Origin: the human T2T-CHM13v2.0 reference genome, Homo sapiens
Reading direction: 5' to 3' (one strand)
NCBI RefSeq assembly: GCF_009914755.1
Contig: NC_060947.1
DNA: 64,000 nucleotides
Shown here: positions 1 to 18,004 of the stretch, in pieces
Numbering within the stretch: the first letter of the stretch is position 1
How the letters are laid out: each line of letters begins with the position of its first letter
The notes under the pieces: model-generated
Seen by the model: the letters and a program-made list of their open reading frames with translations, nothing else
The model's database searches: none
Told to the model about the DNA's origin: nothing
Program-made: the position numbers and the translations under genes

Positions 1-315
1 AACTCTCTAAGAGAGGGAAAATATTATTGAGCAATACCCCACAGGTACAGGCAACCAAAATAAAAATGGACAAATGGAATCACATCAAGTTTGATGATTT
101 TAATATCTGGAATATCTGTCCAATGCTGAAAATGGGGTGCTGAAGTTTTCAGTTATTATTGTGTTGTGGCGTATCTTTCTCTCTAGCTCTGATAATGTTT
201 GCTTAATATATCTAGGTGTTCCAGTAATTGAAGCATATATATTTAAAATTGTTCTATCCTCTTGCTGAATTGACAACTTTTTTATTATATGGTGATATTC
301 TTTACATCCTTTTTA
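1..315. mobile_element. Old L1 fragments: ORF2 3' part on + (1-~91) joined to ORF2 endonuclease-region DNA on - (~110-315)
   Basis: caggcaaccaaaataaaaatggacaaatggaatcacatcaag resembles sense L1 ORF2; atatctgtccaatgctgaaaatggggtgctgaag...atttaaaattgttctatcctcttgctgaattgac resembles antisense L1 EN region. Confidence 0.75.
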
Positions 316-339
316 AGCAGAGATTGATTAGATTTATTT

Positions 340-5430
<5,091 letters not shown>

Positions 5431-6026
5431 CTTGATAGTTTTACAGTAAACTTTCAATTCTTATGAGTTTTTTTCTTTTCTGATTAGATTTATTTCCCCA
5501 GCACTTAACAGAAATTTAAATTTGAAATAAAAATGTTTTATGCATTACATTTTGAAAACTAATAAAATTACTATTTTAAAAATTCAACCTACACAATATC
5601 ACCTAGTAAAATAAGTACAATTAAAATAATAAATTATATATTTATAAATAAGTAAAATAATTATTATTGAGAAATTTTTTAATTAACTACCTAGTACCCT
5701 CTCTTTAATTTTGTATCAATCTAAATTAATTCCAGATAGTAATGTATCTCCAAACTTTCCTTAGAATTTTTTTTTTTTCTGGCATGCTCTAAATCCAGTA
5801 CTAGTACATCACTCCATAATATCAGGCCAATTCAAGTGAGGGGAGATTTTTGGCTGACTTATTTTATCTGGGTAATTTATTGCAGTATGCTTTAAAAAAA
5901 ACAGCCTACATAAAGTAATCTAACATCTACTCTATCATTTATATTCTAGTCTTAATTAATAAATAGGAGACGCTATAGTTATCTGATCTCCTTTTTGTCA
6001 CCATAAACATCTATGTTCAAAACAGG

Positions 6027-6389
6027 TGCCATGGTATCAATGTATCCCCCAAAGTTCATGTTCATTGATCTTCAATATAACAGAGTTGAGAAGGGGACTT
6101 TTAAGAGGTGATTAAGTCAATGGATTAATTTTGTTATCTCAGGAGTGAGTTCATTATTATGAGAGTGAGTTTGTTATAAAAGTGAGTTTGGCCATCTCTT
6201 GTTCTCTCTCACTTTCTTGCTCTTCCATCTTCTACTGTGGGTTTATGCAGTAAGAAAGTCCTCACCAGATGTGGCCCCTCAATTTTCTTGGACTTCTCAG
6301 CCTCTAGAACTGGAAGAAATGAATTTCTTTTCTTTATAAATTACCCTGTCTGTTGTATCTGTTATAACAACACAAAATTGACTAAGACA
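6027..6389 (+). mobile_element. MaLR solo LTR, MSTD-like
   Basis: TG...CA ends (tgccatggtatcaatgtatcccccaaagttcatg ... gactaagaca); near 5-bp TSD acagg/acaga. Confidence 0.85.
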
Positions 6390-6678
6390 ACAGACCAAAT
6401 AGGGCAGAAAACAAACAATCTGTACCTTATGATCATTCTGTCCATGAATGTTGTGTTGACTCTTTGACCTTTTGGAATACAAACCCATTCATCTAGCTAA
6501 ACCTTCAGCAGTTACATGCTCCTACCTGTTTTATCTAAACATGTTTGAAATGTAGCAGGGTAGTTCAACACTTCAATGGCACATTCTGGTTATCTCTGTT
6601 CCACCAATGTAAATCTGTTACCAAGATGTTTGTTATTCATTTTTTATTTTTGTTTCTGCTCTTAATTTCAAATCCATC

Positions 6679-7157
6679 TGTTATGAGTTGAATTGTGTTT
6701 CCTCTTCCTCTAAAAAAAAAGATCTTTAAGTCCTAACCCCGCAATTTCTGTCAATGTGACCTTCCTTGGAAGTAAGATCTTTGCAACCAATCAAGTTAAG
6801 ATGAGGTCATTAGAATGAGTCCTAATCCAATATGACCATGTCCTTATAATAAAGAAAAATTTAAACACAGAGGCATGCAGACTTCTAGAGTGGGAAGAGG
6901 ATGTGAAGATGCAGAGACACAGAGAGAGAATGCTATGGAAAGATAAAAGCAGAGAGTAAAGTGATGCCAGCAAACCTCCAGAAACTAGGAAAGAGGTGTG
7001 GAACAGATTATCCCTAACAGCCCTCAGAAAGAACCAATTCTACTGACACCTTAATATTGGAGTTTTAGCCTCTGAAAGTGTGACATAATAAATTTCTGTT
7101 ATTTTAAGCCACTCAGTTTTAGGTACCTTGTTACCGCAGCCTTAAGAAACTAATACT
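6679..7157 (+). mobile_element. MaLR solo LTR, MLT1C-like
   Basis: tgttatgagttgaattgtg...aagttaagatgaggtcat...ataaatttctgttattttaagccac...aaactaatact; perfect 5-bp TSD ccatc (6674-6678 / 7158-7162). Confidence 0.88.
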
Positions 7158-9087
7158 CCATCTTTTCCCATGACAGAAATATAGCAAAAACTATAGTGTT
7201 TCTATCTTGAGAAATTCCATTGTTTCTCAATTAATCAGTATGAAGTAAATATTCAACTAATTTGAAAAGAAGAGAAAAATTATTTCCCTATCAGCCAAGT
7301 AGCTGGGAGCTTAGGGACAATGTTTTATATAGAAACAATTTAATTTAATGATTCCTTGGAAAGGCATTGTAACCTGCTACTTGTTAAAATAAGTCAATAA
7401 GGAAATTTCCCATAAACTTTTTTGAGAAAGCTTGCCCTCTACAAAGAAAGCATTATTGGAACATGAACTTTAAAAGTATATACACATGTGAGCATGCACA
7501 CATATAATTCAACAAAGGCATGCTCAATTTTGTTATGTTCTAATTCACAATGACTACATGCCTTTTCATCCTAAATAATTTGGTAATTATTTAAATAACA
7601 TAGGTCATTTCTTTTACTTCTGCTTCAAACTTGAAGGTGTCAATGAAAAAAAAATCCTCTACTTAGCTTTGCCAATAGCAACCTGATCTGATGCCAAGGC
7701 AGAGATGAGACTGTACTTTCATTTTGTCTAGGTTGCAGTCTTCAGCCTCGCTAAATAACATAGGTGGTTTCTCATGCAAAAGCACATGTAACATTATTTT
7801 GAAATGCACACATTCTTCTACTTTCTATGAAAACACAGTATTTGCTGTTTAAGACTGTTTAAGGTCTTCAATGCTTTTAAGAACTGAGAGCTACATGAGA
7901 AAATAAAGTTGCTGCAAGATTCATGTTCACTTCAGTGGGAGTTGCACAAGTGGAATGATGGTCAGGAATCTGTCCTAATTAGTAGGCACTCCTGCTTTGC
8001 TGCATCTTAGTTATGCCACTGTTAAATTATACTCAGTAAATTGAACTATCTTCTAGTCTCTGAAGAGATTAATGTTACATTTGGATTGTGCTGAATGCCA
8101 ACCATTGATATTTAACAGAGAAACTTTAAGATATCTTTAAGTAGTTTTAAAAATATATTTCCTATGATGAAGTTCATTTTTTCCTTACACAAGAGAAAAA
8201 GAAAAAGGAATTAGAAATATTTGTTTTAAGATTATTATGGAATATCACCTAAAGATGTTAATGATATGTTCCCTAGAATATTAATAACTTATAAAAAGGA
8301 TAAAATATTTGGATAAGGCTTCAAAATGTCACCTTCATGCAGCAAACTAGTATTTTTCAGAATTATACTTTTTTCTGCCCAAGACTGTTCTCATCCAATC
8401 TCTCTACAATTTATCCTTGTGACATTCCTATCATGAGATCCGACGACGGTCAGATGGAAGAAACTCTAGAGACTACATCTCCTTACCTTGGCTGCTTCTT
8501 CCAAAAGTACACTCAGAAATAATTTGTTCCTACACTTGCTCTTATATTGGAATAAATTATCTTAATTAATTGACAAAATGTAATGCTAGAATCAAAATCT
8601 TCAAGAATATATCAGCTAATCACATTGAATGCAATTAATATCTTTTTAGCCTGAAGGGACTTATAGTTGCCATACTTTTATCGTATAATATGCAACACAA
8701 ATAATTTGTTAAAATCACTTTATCTTCTTCTCATTATGGACTCCTTGGTTCATAAACTATCTTTAGATATTTTAAAGAAACTGTCTTAAGATATATTATG
8801 AAAAATGCTATTTTAAATGTCATATTTAGTATTTCATTAATGCATTTGTTTCTAACTGCAATCACAGGAAACAAATTATTTTGTTTAAGTAATACATACA
8901 TTATTTAAAAAGAAGCATCAATACAATTGTAGCAATTGAGGACAAGCAGGCTTTAAATAATACCACATCCGGAAAGACAATGTCTTTAAGAGATTCGCAA
9001 TGACATTTTCATATTTCTATTGTATATATTGACAAGTAGTTTGTAGATCTTCCAAATAGTTTCAGAAAAGCATTATGTTGAAAAAAT

Positions 9088-9115
9088 TGTGTGTGTGTGT
9101 GTGTGTGTGTGTGTG
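9088..9115. repeat. (TG)14 microsatellite
   Basis: direct read. Confidence 0.95.
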
Positions 9116-11397
9116 AAGTTTTATCACAGGCACAGAGAGAAACCCCAGTGCTATCTTAAAGAAATGTGTCTTTCACCAAAAGAGCATAAAACTGCCTTTA
9201 TGTATTAAGCGTTGGCCACATAATGACACAAAGGCCTTCTCAGACCCCACAAGGAGAGCTCTTGACTTCTAGGAAGCTTCTTTATCAAAACAGTTAAGCA
9301 TTGAAAAGAAACTTCAATGGACTTGATTTGTTTTAAATTAAGAATCTGGTGGTCCATACTGTAACAGGGACCATCTTTGTGCAGGATAGAGGCTAAATAA
9401 AGGCCACACAGCTCTTACTTGGCTTTCATTAAGAAAAATTCAATCAGTTAAAATACCTTCCTACTTTTCTGTATAAGTCGTGCCTATACCCATTTAAATA
9501 ATGCCAGGAAAACAGAATGCTAATCTCCTCATTTATCTAAAATTATAAAATATTAGTGTTTCAAAAGTAAACTTATAAATGAAAAAAACGAAGACCACAA
9601 GGAACATAGTTAAAACCACATACTAGTTAGTAGCAGAACCAAGAGCTATATATCTTGGGCCCCTCACCAGGAAAAGCTTTAGTAACACACTGCTTTAACT
9701 GCAAATTTTATTTTTTTCTTTAAATAATTAGAAACTAAAACTTTTTAAAATAATGTTGATAGCTTATATTGTGTTCAGATACTATCATCATATCAAAGTC
9801 AGAATGAGATTTAAACTCTGATTATTTTCAGTATAATCTTACAATAAAAGCACTTTTTAATCTGCTCAGTGAGAATGTCTGCATTATAATATCTAGTTCT
9901 CTTACAAGGTGAATAGAGGCATGATCACTTATGGAAGTAGTATATATTATACACTTCATTGCTTCAACTTCTAAGGAATTAGAACAGAAAGAAAAATCTG
10001 CTCTTGGATTAGATAGAGACCAATAAAAACTAACTGGCTTCTTTTGGTACATTTGATGACTTTAAATATTTCCTAATCTTGAACTCTTTTCCACATAGAT
10101 ATTAAAAATTTTCTGAAATACAATTAATTATGATGGGTATATTATCTGGGCAGGTAAACAAGTTTTTCATTATTAAAATACTGGGCCTCTGTGTTTGCAA
10201 TATAAATGTGGTGCAAAAAAAGCTTCTCACTGTCTGCATTGCATGTTAACAATATTCCACATTTAAATTCTCATTTAGCATCAGAGGTATATTTTTAAAT
10301 GATATTAAATCAATATTCAGTACCTATTATTTGTTCAGTATGCATTTAGCACTGTCTTATTCTCACCAGGGATTCTATCTCCAGATGATCATAAATGTTC
10401 ATTATCCCGGTCTGTGAAGTGAGTTTTTGCATAATGAGTACCTGTAGACTTTTCTCTCTTCGTTCCTCCCTCTTCAATCTATTAGCATTGAGACACGTGA
10501 CTTTTAGTTTTGTATAAAGCAAACTGTTGCGACGGCTAGTGGCACAACATTGAATGTTTTATAGCGTACAAACAGAACTCCTCTTTTGTTACGTAAACCT
10601 ACCTTCTCTTTATACATTTTTTGGTTCCTCTTCAGCTTGGTGCAGTGTGAATTTTAAACAGTAACAGTTTTCTTTACATAGAAGGTCTCCCATTACTAAA
10701 CATCCTGCCCCTACATAATAGAGGGGCTAAAACGATGTTTAGCAATCTACTCAAGCCATCAAAGAGTATGCATTGCCCAAGGGTATAGATTGGCTCCTTT
10801 TAGATAACATGTCTAGGGAAGGTTGCTGCATGGAGGACCTTACACTGGTAAATCGAGTCAAGGCATTATTGTTCTGGCTGTAAAATAGTACACATTTGTA
10901 AGTATTTGCAAGATTACACATGCTGGGTCTGAGAATCAAGCTGAAGGGTCATTATTCAGTTTCATCATGACTCAGAGCTACTTCAAGATCCAGAAAACCT
11001 TTCAAATCAGTAACTTGAAAAAATGCATTCACCATAGTATTAGGGCTAAGTTACATTACATTTTATTTCAATGCTGTGAGAAATGAAAGTTATATGTTGT
11101 ATATACAGCAACATTTAATTAACAAGAAAACAAAATTAACCAAGAAACTCAGGCTGCTACAAATTTATTATCAACTACAGTTTCTTCATCTTCAAAATAT
11201 TCCTAATATACTCTTTGGTATTTCCCAATATTCCAAACTATACAAAATCTAGAAAATTTCTCTATTTTTGACACATGGGAAATTTTAAAAGATAGTAAAG
11301 TACCTTCCACCCAGAAAACACACAATTGATACATGTCAACTAAGTAAAAGACTTATTGAGGTATAGAGCAAGTCAATGTTAAAATTAGAATTAGGTC

Positions 11398-11683
11398 ACG
11401 CCTGTAACCCCAGCACTTTGGGAAGCCAAGGCGAGTGGATCGTGAGGTCAGGAATTCGAGACCAGCCTGGCCAACGTGGTGAAATCTCTTCTCTACTAAA
11501 AATACAAAAAACATTATCTGGGTGTGGTGACGGGTGCCTGTAATCCCAACTACTCAGGAGGCTGAGGCAGGAGAATTGCTTGAAACAAGAAGGTGGAGGT
11601 TGCAGTGAGCCGAGATCACGACACTGCGCTCCAGCCTGGGCGAAAGAGCAAAACTCCGTCTCAAAAATAAATTAAAATAAAAT
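11398..11683 (+). mobile_element. Alu (AluSg-like), 5'-truncated by about 16 nt
   Basis: Dimeric Alu with the ggatcgtgaggtcagg deletion variant; 17-bp TSD aaaattagaattaggtc (11381-11397 / 11684-11700) at a TT/AAAA site. Confidence 0.95.
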
Positions 11684-11724
11684 AAAATTAGAATTAGGTC
11701 TTCTTTCACCTTACTGATTACCTT

Positions 11725-12250
11725 CAATTCATTAGGTACTATGTTAAGTTCTAGGGAGAAACCAAAAGGAATAAGATCCATCCACTACTCTCAAAAAGCA
11801 GAGAATCTAGTAAAGGAAATGTGCACCTGGTGTACATATCTCATAATTCACTAATTATACAGCCTTTATCAAACATTTACTGTTTTCTATATTTTAGGTG
11901 CTATACTAGGTTCCAGGTATATAACAAGAAATTAAAATGCAGTCACTGCATAGCTGAATGCGGAAGAAAACCATAGTAACAGAAAAAAAATAAATACACA
12001 TAATATACAACAAACTGTCATGACTAGTTACTAAATGGTAAGTATTGGGGATATGAACTATGAAAAAAATAGAAATGTTACCTGTCCTATGGAATCAGTC
12101 TAGTGACAATGTCAGCGTTTAAATAATATTTACAAAATAATTACAATAGTGAGGAGTGTTTTAAAGGAACAGCGCAATATGGTTTGTGCTATATTTGATA
12201 TTAGTATAAGGCAGAGTAGTGGCACAAGTTAAGTGGAACTAACTTCACCT
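11725..12250 (-). mobile_element. Several decayed L2 fragments
   Basis: aaacatttactg...aggtgctatactagg, gtactatgttaagttctaggg and cctgtcctatggaatc resemble antisense L2 3' ends. Confidence 0.45.
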
Positions 12251-12266
12251 AAAAAACTACTTGAGG

Positions 12267-12583
12267 GGCCGGGCATGGTGGTTTACCCCTGTAATCCCAA
12301 TACTTTGAGAGGTGGAGATGGGAGGTTTGCTTGAGACCAGCCTGGGAAACATAGGTAAACATCATCTCTAAAAGAAATTTTTAAAAAATTAGCTGGGCAT
12401 GGTGGTGTGCACCCATGGTCCCAGCTACTCGGGAAGCTTAGGTGTGGGCGGGGGGTGAGGGGTGTCGCTTAAGGCCAGTAGTTTGAGGTTACAATAAGTT
12501 ATTATCACACCACTGCACTCCATCCTGGAAGACAGAGTGAGACCCTGTCTCAAAACAGAGAAAAAAAAACAAAAACAAAAACA
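12267..12583 (+). mobile_element. AluJ-type element
   Basis: ggccgggcatggtgg...gacagagtgagaccctgtctc with (CAAAAA)n tail; J-type features; internal deletion and a G-rich insert. Confidence 0.92.
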
Positions 12584-13124
12584 AAAAGCTACGTAAGCTG
12601 GACCATAAAGGATATGTAGGAATTTGCAGGATAGAGGAGAAAAAGAGCATTAAAGACCAGCATTTACAAAGGTCAAAATAAGCTCCTTCCAGTTTGGAAC
12701 AGCCCCTCATATACCCACAACCTAATAAAAAATTTACAAAGTTTTAATTTGTTTTTCAGAATTATTCTTGTGATGTCTAGAGGTTTATCAACTTTCTTAA
12801 GTTAGACAAATGCAGAGTCTAGTTACTTCATCTATCCCAATACAGTTTACTGTAATTCCAACAGAAATATAGTAAAGGGAACAAAGAAATTGTTAGCCAG
12901 TGATGAATCAGAAAAGGCACTATAAGGAAAGTTCAAATTGAAGCTACCATGAATGAGTAGGTAGATATGTGTTTACTCTACAGGAAGCCAAGGTGTAAGA
13001 AATGTTGGAGAACAAACTTCATATGTACAAAAACAGATATAGCCCAAACATTTGGAGGCATTGTGGGAAGAAAAAATGGTGTCTCATCTAAAAATAGCTC
13101 GGGATATGACCCACTAATTGCAAA

Positions 13125-13650
13125 ACTAATTGTTGAATGTCTAGCTGTTGAGGCATTCTGCTAGATTTCTCAGACTTTGGTCACTGTCCCTGCCCTCAGG
13201 AAATGTGCAAACTAGTTGAAAAGCTAAAGCAAAATACAAATAATCATGCTCTAAGGTAGAATATGAAAATCTCAAAAAGAGAAGTACAAATGAAATATCC
13301 TGAGGAGAAAGAAATAAAATTAAATGAAAGGAATTGTAAAAGAATTCCTAAAGGAATTAGCATTCAGGTTGAACTTTGAGTACTAAGTAGGATCTCAACA
13401 GGCAGATATGTAGGGAGGGCATTCCAGTCACAACAGCAAGATTGAAAGTATGAAGATGATAGTATTCAGATAACAGAATGTTCAAATAACTCAGTCCAGG
13501 TTTGCTTGAGCCTTGGGTATTTACAAGACAGAAAACTGAAAAGGTAAGTCAAAACAATATTATAGAAGTCAGAAGAGATTTATCTGATAACACTATTTTT
13601 TAAGGAAGGAAGTGATGCAATGGAGCCAATACTTAGGGAAGATTAATCTA
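13125..13650 (-). mobile_element. L2 fragment
   Basis: gtccctgccctcaggaa...gaactttgag...gggagggcattccag are typical antisense L2 motifs. Confidence 0.55.
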
Positions 13651-13669
13651 AAATAGTTTCTATTTAAGA

Positions 13670-14387
13670 CGCAGCCTGTCTCTCTGAACTCGTGATTTGT
13701 TAATCAATAATAGACTACAACTACATGGACCATAGATTCACTTTGGAGTGATAGGAACAGTTGTTCTTTAGTTAATGAAAACTACTACTAACGGAATGAG
13801 ATGTTTTGAATAAAACAGACTGATTTTGGTATTTCCTGCCCCACTCTCCCAGAAGAGACAGTGGCAAATGTCTATCTCTAAAGGCCCACTGGGAAGGGAC
13901 AATGCAAAGTCATCCCAAATGGAGAGACGCACTTGGAGAGGTAGGTGGGGAAAGTAGCTGAGCCTGGGTAGGTGACTGTGTTTTCCGTGGTCTCCAAATA
14001 GCTGAGATACATGGTTTTGAGTCTCAAGAGTTGATGGGGAAGAGACGAAACTTCAGGTGAGTTCCATCTAGAGAACACATGAGCTAGACCTAGTCCCAGC
14101 CACAAACCTTGTGCCTGAGCCTGTCAAACAAGAAGCAGTGCTACAGCTCACAATGGAATATGAAAGCTGGGCTAATAAGCACAGCGGCAGGGACATTTGA
14201 AATTCTGGATTGCATAAACTAAGGCCTTTTTACAACCTGGGGAGGTAGGACAGGAGACACAATAATAAGTAATATTAAATCTTCCCCATGGAATCCATAA
14301 AGGGGACTTCAGGTCAGATTTAGTTTGGTTTAGAAAATGAGAGTTGTTTCCAGAGTTTATGATAAGGTAAAATTAATACCTGATACA
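13670..14387 (+). mobile_element. Ancient LTR, LTR78-like
   Basis: tcagatttagtttggtttagaaaat...tacctgataca resembles the LTR78 end; left boundary and orientation uncertain. Confidence 0.5.
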
Positions 14388-14786
14388 CTAGCAGAAGTTT
14401 CTGGCTTTGATCTAGAAAATCTGAGTTTTAACAGAAATCATCAAGCTCTTTAAGAAGCCGCAGCACTACTGTTATTTAGCTATGATAGGAAACTACACTG
14501 GTATTTGCATGCTTTGCTGAGTGCAATGATCCCTTTTTATAAAACAACGAGCTTTGATAATTCTGTTCTCACAATGGCAGGTACCTGTAACAAAACATCT
14601 AGCTTTCTGACAGAATAGACACAGGATTCTACCCAGTTGACAGGTTTGGGTTTTTTTCTGAATATATCAAAAGGAAGCTATCCTTGACTCATCCTGCATG
14701 ATAAGATAAAACTTTTATTTCCATTGAATTTCTACATATTCCCACCCCTGCCACTCCTGCATTCAGTGACCACTACTAAAGGAAAG

Positions 14787-14826
14787 CACACACACACACA
14801 CACGTGCACACACACACACACACACA
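14787..14826. repeat. Interrupted (CA)n microsatellite
   Basis: direct read. Confidence 0.95.
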
Positions 14827-16583
14827 TTTTAGAGAATTCTTCTCTTTCATACTTTACTTAATGGGGAAAATTGCCGCCCTAGCATTTCAGTATTGGCAAT
14901 AAGCCAATTATTCACCTCAGTCCTACAGCATCCCTATGTTCCTTGGTTAATGAAAATTACCAGCAAGTCTGTAACTATGGGCATGAATTGAAAAGTCTTG
15001 GGTCAACAGTTTTAGCACAGTCTAGAAACTACTTTCTAGTGCCAAACGACTAGATTAGCCTGAGAACCATCTATGGGTCTTCAGTATTCTCTGATGTATA
15101 AAAAATAATAACTTGGTTATACAGAGAATGTGGTCTCTCTTAACACTTCTCTCTCTCCACCCTCTATATGCCTTTTTAAAAATCTTTCTTTTCATCTTTC
15201 TGTCCACCCTACCAAAGTTCCGAGTCCCAAATGCAAACTCCCGTTCCAGATTATATATTCATCACAGCCAGTGCTCTTCATAGCCTAATACAATAAAATC
15301 AATGCAACAATGTCACTTGTCAGTCTCTTTGTGCATAAGATAAAATGATGCCATCTGTGAGACAAAGTAACATAGGGTTATGAGTCATCTCCAACTCCTG
15401 TAAAATAGCCTAGTCAGTCGGGGCCTGGGGAGAAAATGATGAAGAGGGAGCAATCAGAAAATCAGTGCACTAGTGATTCATTTGTTAATTTATAGAAATG
15501 TGAAGTTCTTTTAAGCTGATATGGGCAGATCAACTGACAAACCTGCTATGCGCATCTGCACTTTTATTATACTTTTATTATACCTGCTAAGCACACCTGC
15601 ATTTTTATGATAGAGTTTGCCTGAGGCCATCATAGCAGCAGGACCGGGAATACATTAGTAAAATTAGAAGAAATATCATCAGGCAACTTCAGGCTGCATG
15701 TAAACAATTAACAGCTCATTAAGGACAATTTTACTTTTGTGGGAGCCTATCCTTCCCTTGACCAAGTTTAAGCTGGCTAATAAATAGAGGCATCCACAAT
15801 GAGGGTCAGGAGTATCTCAAATTCTGTGTCCCTGTTTGACTCAGGATTAACTTTAAGCATACTTATTACTCTATAATCATCTATTGAATTATACACTTTT
15901 ATTATGACAGTCCAACCAGAAAAAAAAACTTACCTTCCTAAATTCTTTTCACAGTCCCGCTTCTGTAATATCCCTATTTGATTCTGAGGTGTAAGTTAAA
16001 TATACTGAATGTATGCAGACATATTTTAGCCTCTGGAAAAGGTTTTAACTGAAATGTTAGTGGGAAATCTAAGAAGCAAAAGTGCTGATGAAGCAATAAA
16101 ATGGGTACATATTAAAAGCAATGAACCCTCCCCCTCAAATAAGAGATTAAATGGTGTATAATTTCCAAACTCTTCACCACAGTCTCAATCAAGTTTAGAT
16201 TTACCAGCATCACAATCTGCCTAATACATTCACTGAAGCACTTTGGGATTTATTTGACAGTTTAAAGCTTTCCTCCCAAATTACTAATTAATTGGACTTG
16301 AGTCTCTAATGCTAAGTTTGCTTATTTTCTAAATTTTTTTTAAAAAAAAACACCTTGATTTACAAATCTCTAGGTGAACTTGAAATGCATACTTTGAAAT
16401 TGAGCATATAGTTAAAAAGAATGGAATGTACAAGATTTCATTGTATAATAAAATAGTACTATCTGACATGCAGGAGTTTAGAACATATAATAATTGAGGT
16501 AAAGAGGTCTTGTGGTCCTGCATCCTTGCTGAAAAATGTTGGCTTTGGATATAATTTTAACCTGTATTGCACTGTAGTAGGAT

Positions 16584-16830
16584 TTATTTAGTCATTCAGT
16601 TAACATTTATTAAAACCTCACTGTGTGCTAAGCATTGGGCTCCTCAGAGGTACAGGGAGGGGTTAAATTGGTTTCTGTTCTCCAGGAGCTCACATTCTAC
16701 TTGGGGAGACAGATGTGTAAATGGCTGATCACACTGACAAGGGTCATAAATTATGTATGACTTGAGTGTTGTGAGGTCCCAAAGGAAGAAGCAACTTCTT
16801 GAGGGTGACACCACTGAGGTCTCTAGTAGT
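16584..16830 (-). mobile_element. L2 3' end
   Basis: tcattcagttaacatttattaaaacctcactgtgtgctaagcattg...ggagctcacattctacttggggagacaga. Confidence 0.75.
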
Positions 16831-16894
16831 GACTGGCTTGTATCTCTAGGTATAGTAGAGAATACACATAATACACAAAATGACACATACCATC

Positions 16895-17108
16895 TTATTC
16901 TCTTATAGCATCCTATTCTTTTCCTTTGGAACAGTTATATCAACTGATAATTATGTGTGTGATTATTTCATTAATGTCTGTCTTTATGACTAGACTATGA
17001 AAACCTGGAAGGTAGGGACTGGTCTGTTTTTGCTTACCATCCCCGGGGCCTATTATGATGCTGGCACATAATAGATAGTCAGTTATTGTTTGGTGACTAT
17101 TGAATGAA
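16895..17108 (+). mobile_element. L2 3' end
   Basis: actagactatgaaaacctggaaggtagggactggtctgtttt...ctggcacataatagatagtc...tgaatgaa. Confidence 0.75.
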
Positions 17109-18004
17109 GGAATATGTGTTTTCAAGCTATGGGAAGATATTTATTATGGGAAACTTCACTACAATATTATTGGCTACCACTTTGCCCTTTTAAGAAGCTT
17201 ATTCTTGGATTTTCATTCAAATAGTTCACCCATCCCCAAACAGGTAGTTATCCTCTGACGTAAGCAGACAAAACTAACATGAGCACTACCACATGCACAC
17301 CTACACCACACAGGTTACACAACATATGGTCGTTACACAACGTATGGTCATTACACATAGGTTATACAACATAAATCACACCAAGTCATGACATGCAACA
17401 CAGCTTATCTTTTGGGCACTGTATGTCTTAGCACAACACATGTACTTTACCCACCGCTTATCTCATAAGTACATGAACGTGTCCTTACTCACACTGTCCC
17501 CATGTCCTCCTTTCTCTCCTTAGCCCTTGTCACTCCCCGCCTGTGAAAATAAGTGAAGGTTTCATAGAAAATGTTATATTTGCTGGAGTCTTGGATTGAG
17601 CGGACTTTATTGAAATGAAAACTTAGATAATTTTGATGTTTTCATAAAGAGAAACTTCTGCTCTAGAAGCATCCAAATTCATAGCAGGAGACATCTGACC
17701 CTAGAAAATCACATCATAATGGAAGCAACCATCTCAAAATAATATGCCTAAAACTTTCATGGGGTGTTTGTGAAACTGAAATAGTCACTGAAACTCAATA
17801 TACCCCTTGCTTTGCATGGAAATGCATAAAAATTGGCCATTATTTGTTAAGAAGAATATGGGACAAAGATTAATCAAAATGTGGTATAGATATATTCAAA
17901 TGGATGTTGATGGAGTATCTCAATGCCTGTACTTGACATGTAATTGAGCTAAAAAAATCTGAACATTGTTCCCGAAATAGCCACATACAACACAACTTTT
18001 TCAT

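Noticed and set aside
8480-8535. Minus-strand micro-exon ending in a CAAG/GTAAGG donor
   Set aside because: The donor is good but the upstream acceptor lacks a polypyrimidine tract.
17314-17373. CRISPR-like array
   Set aside because: Adjacent tandem copies without spacers, in primate DNA.
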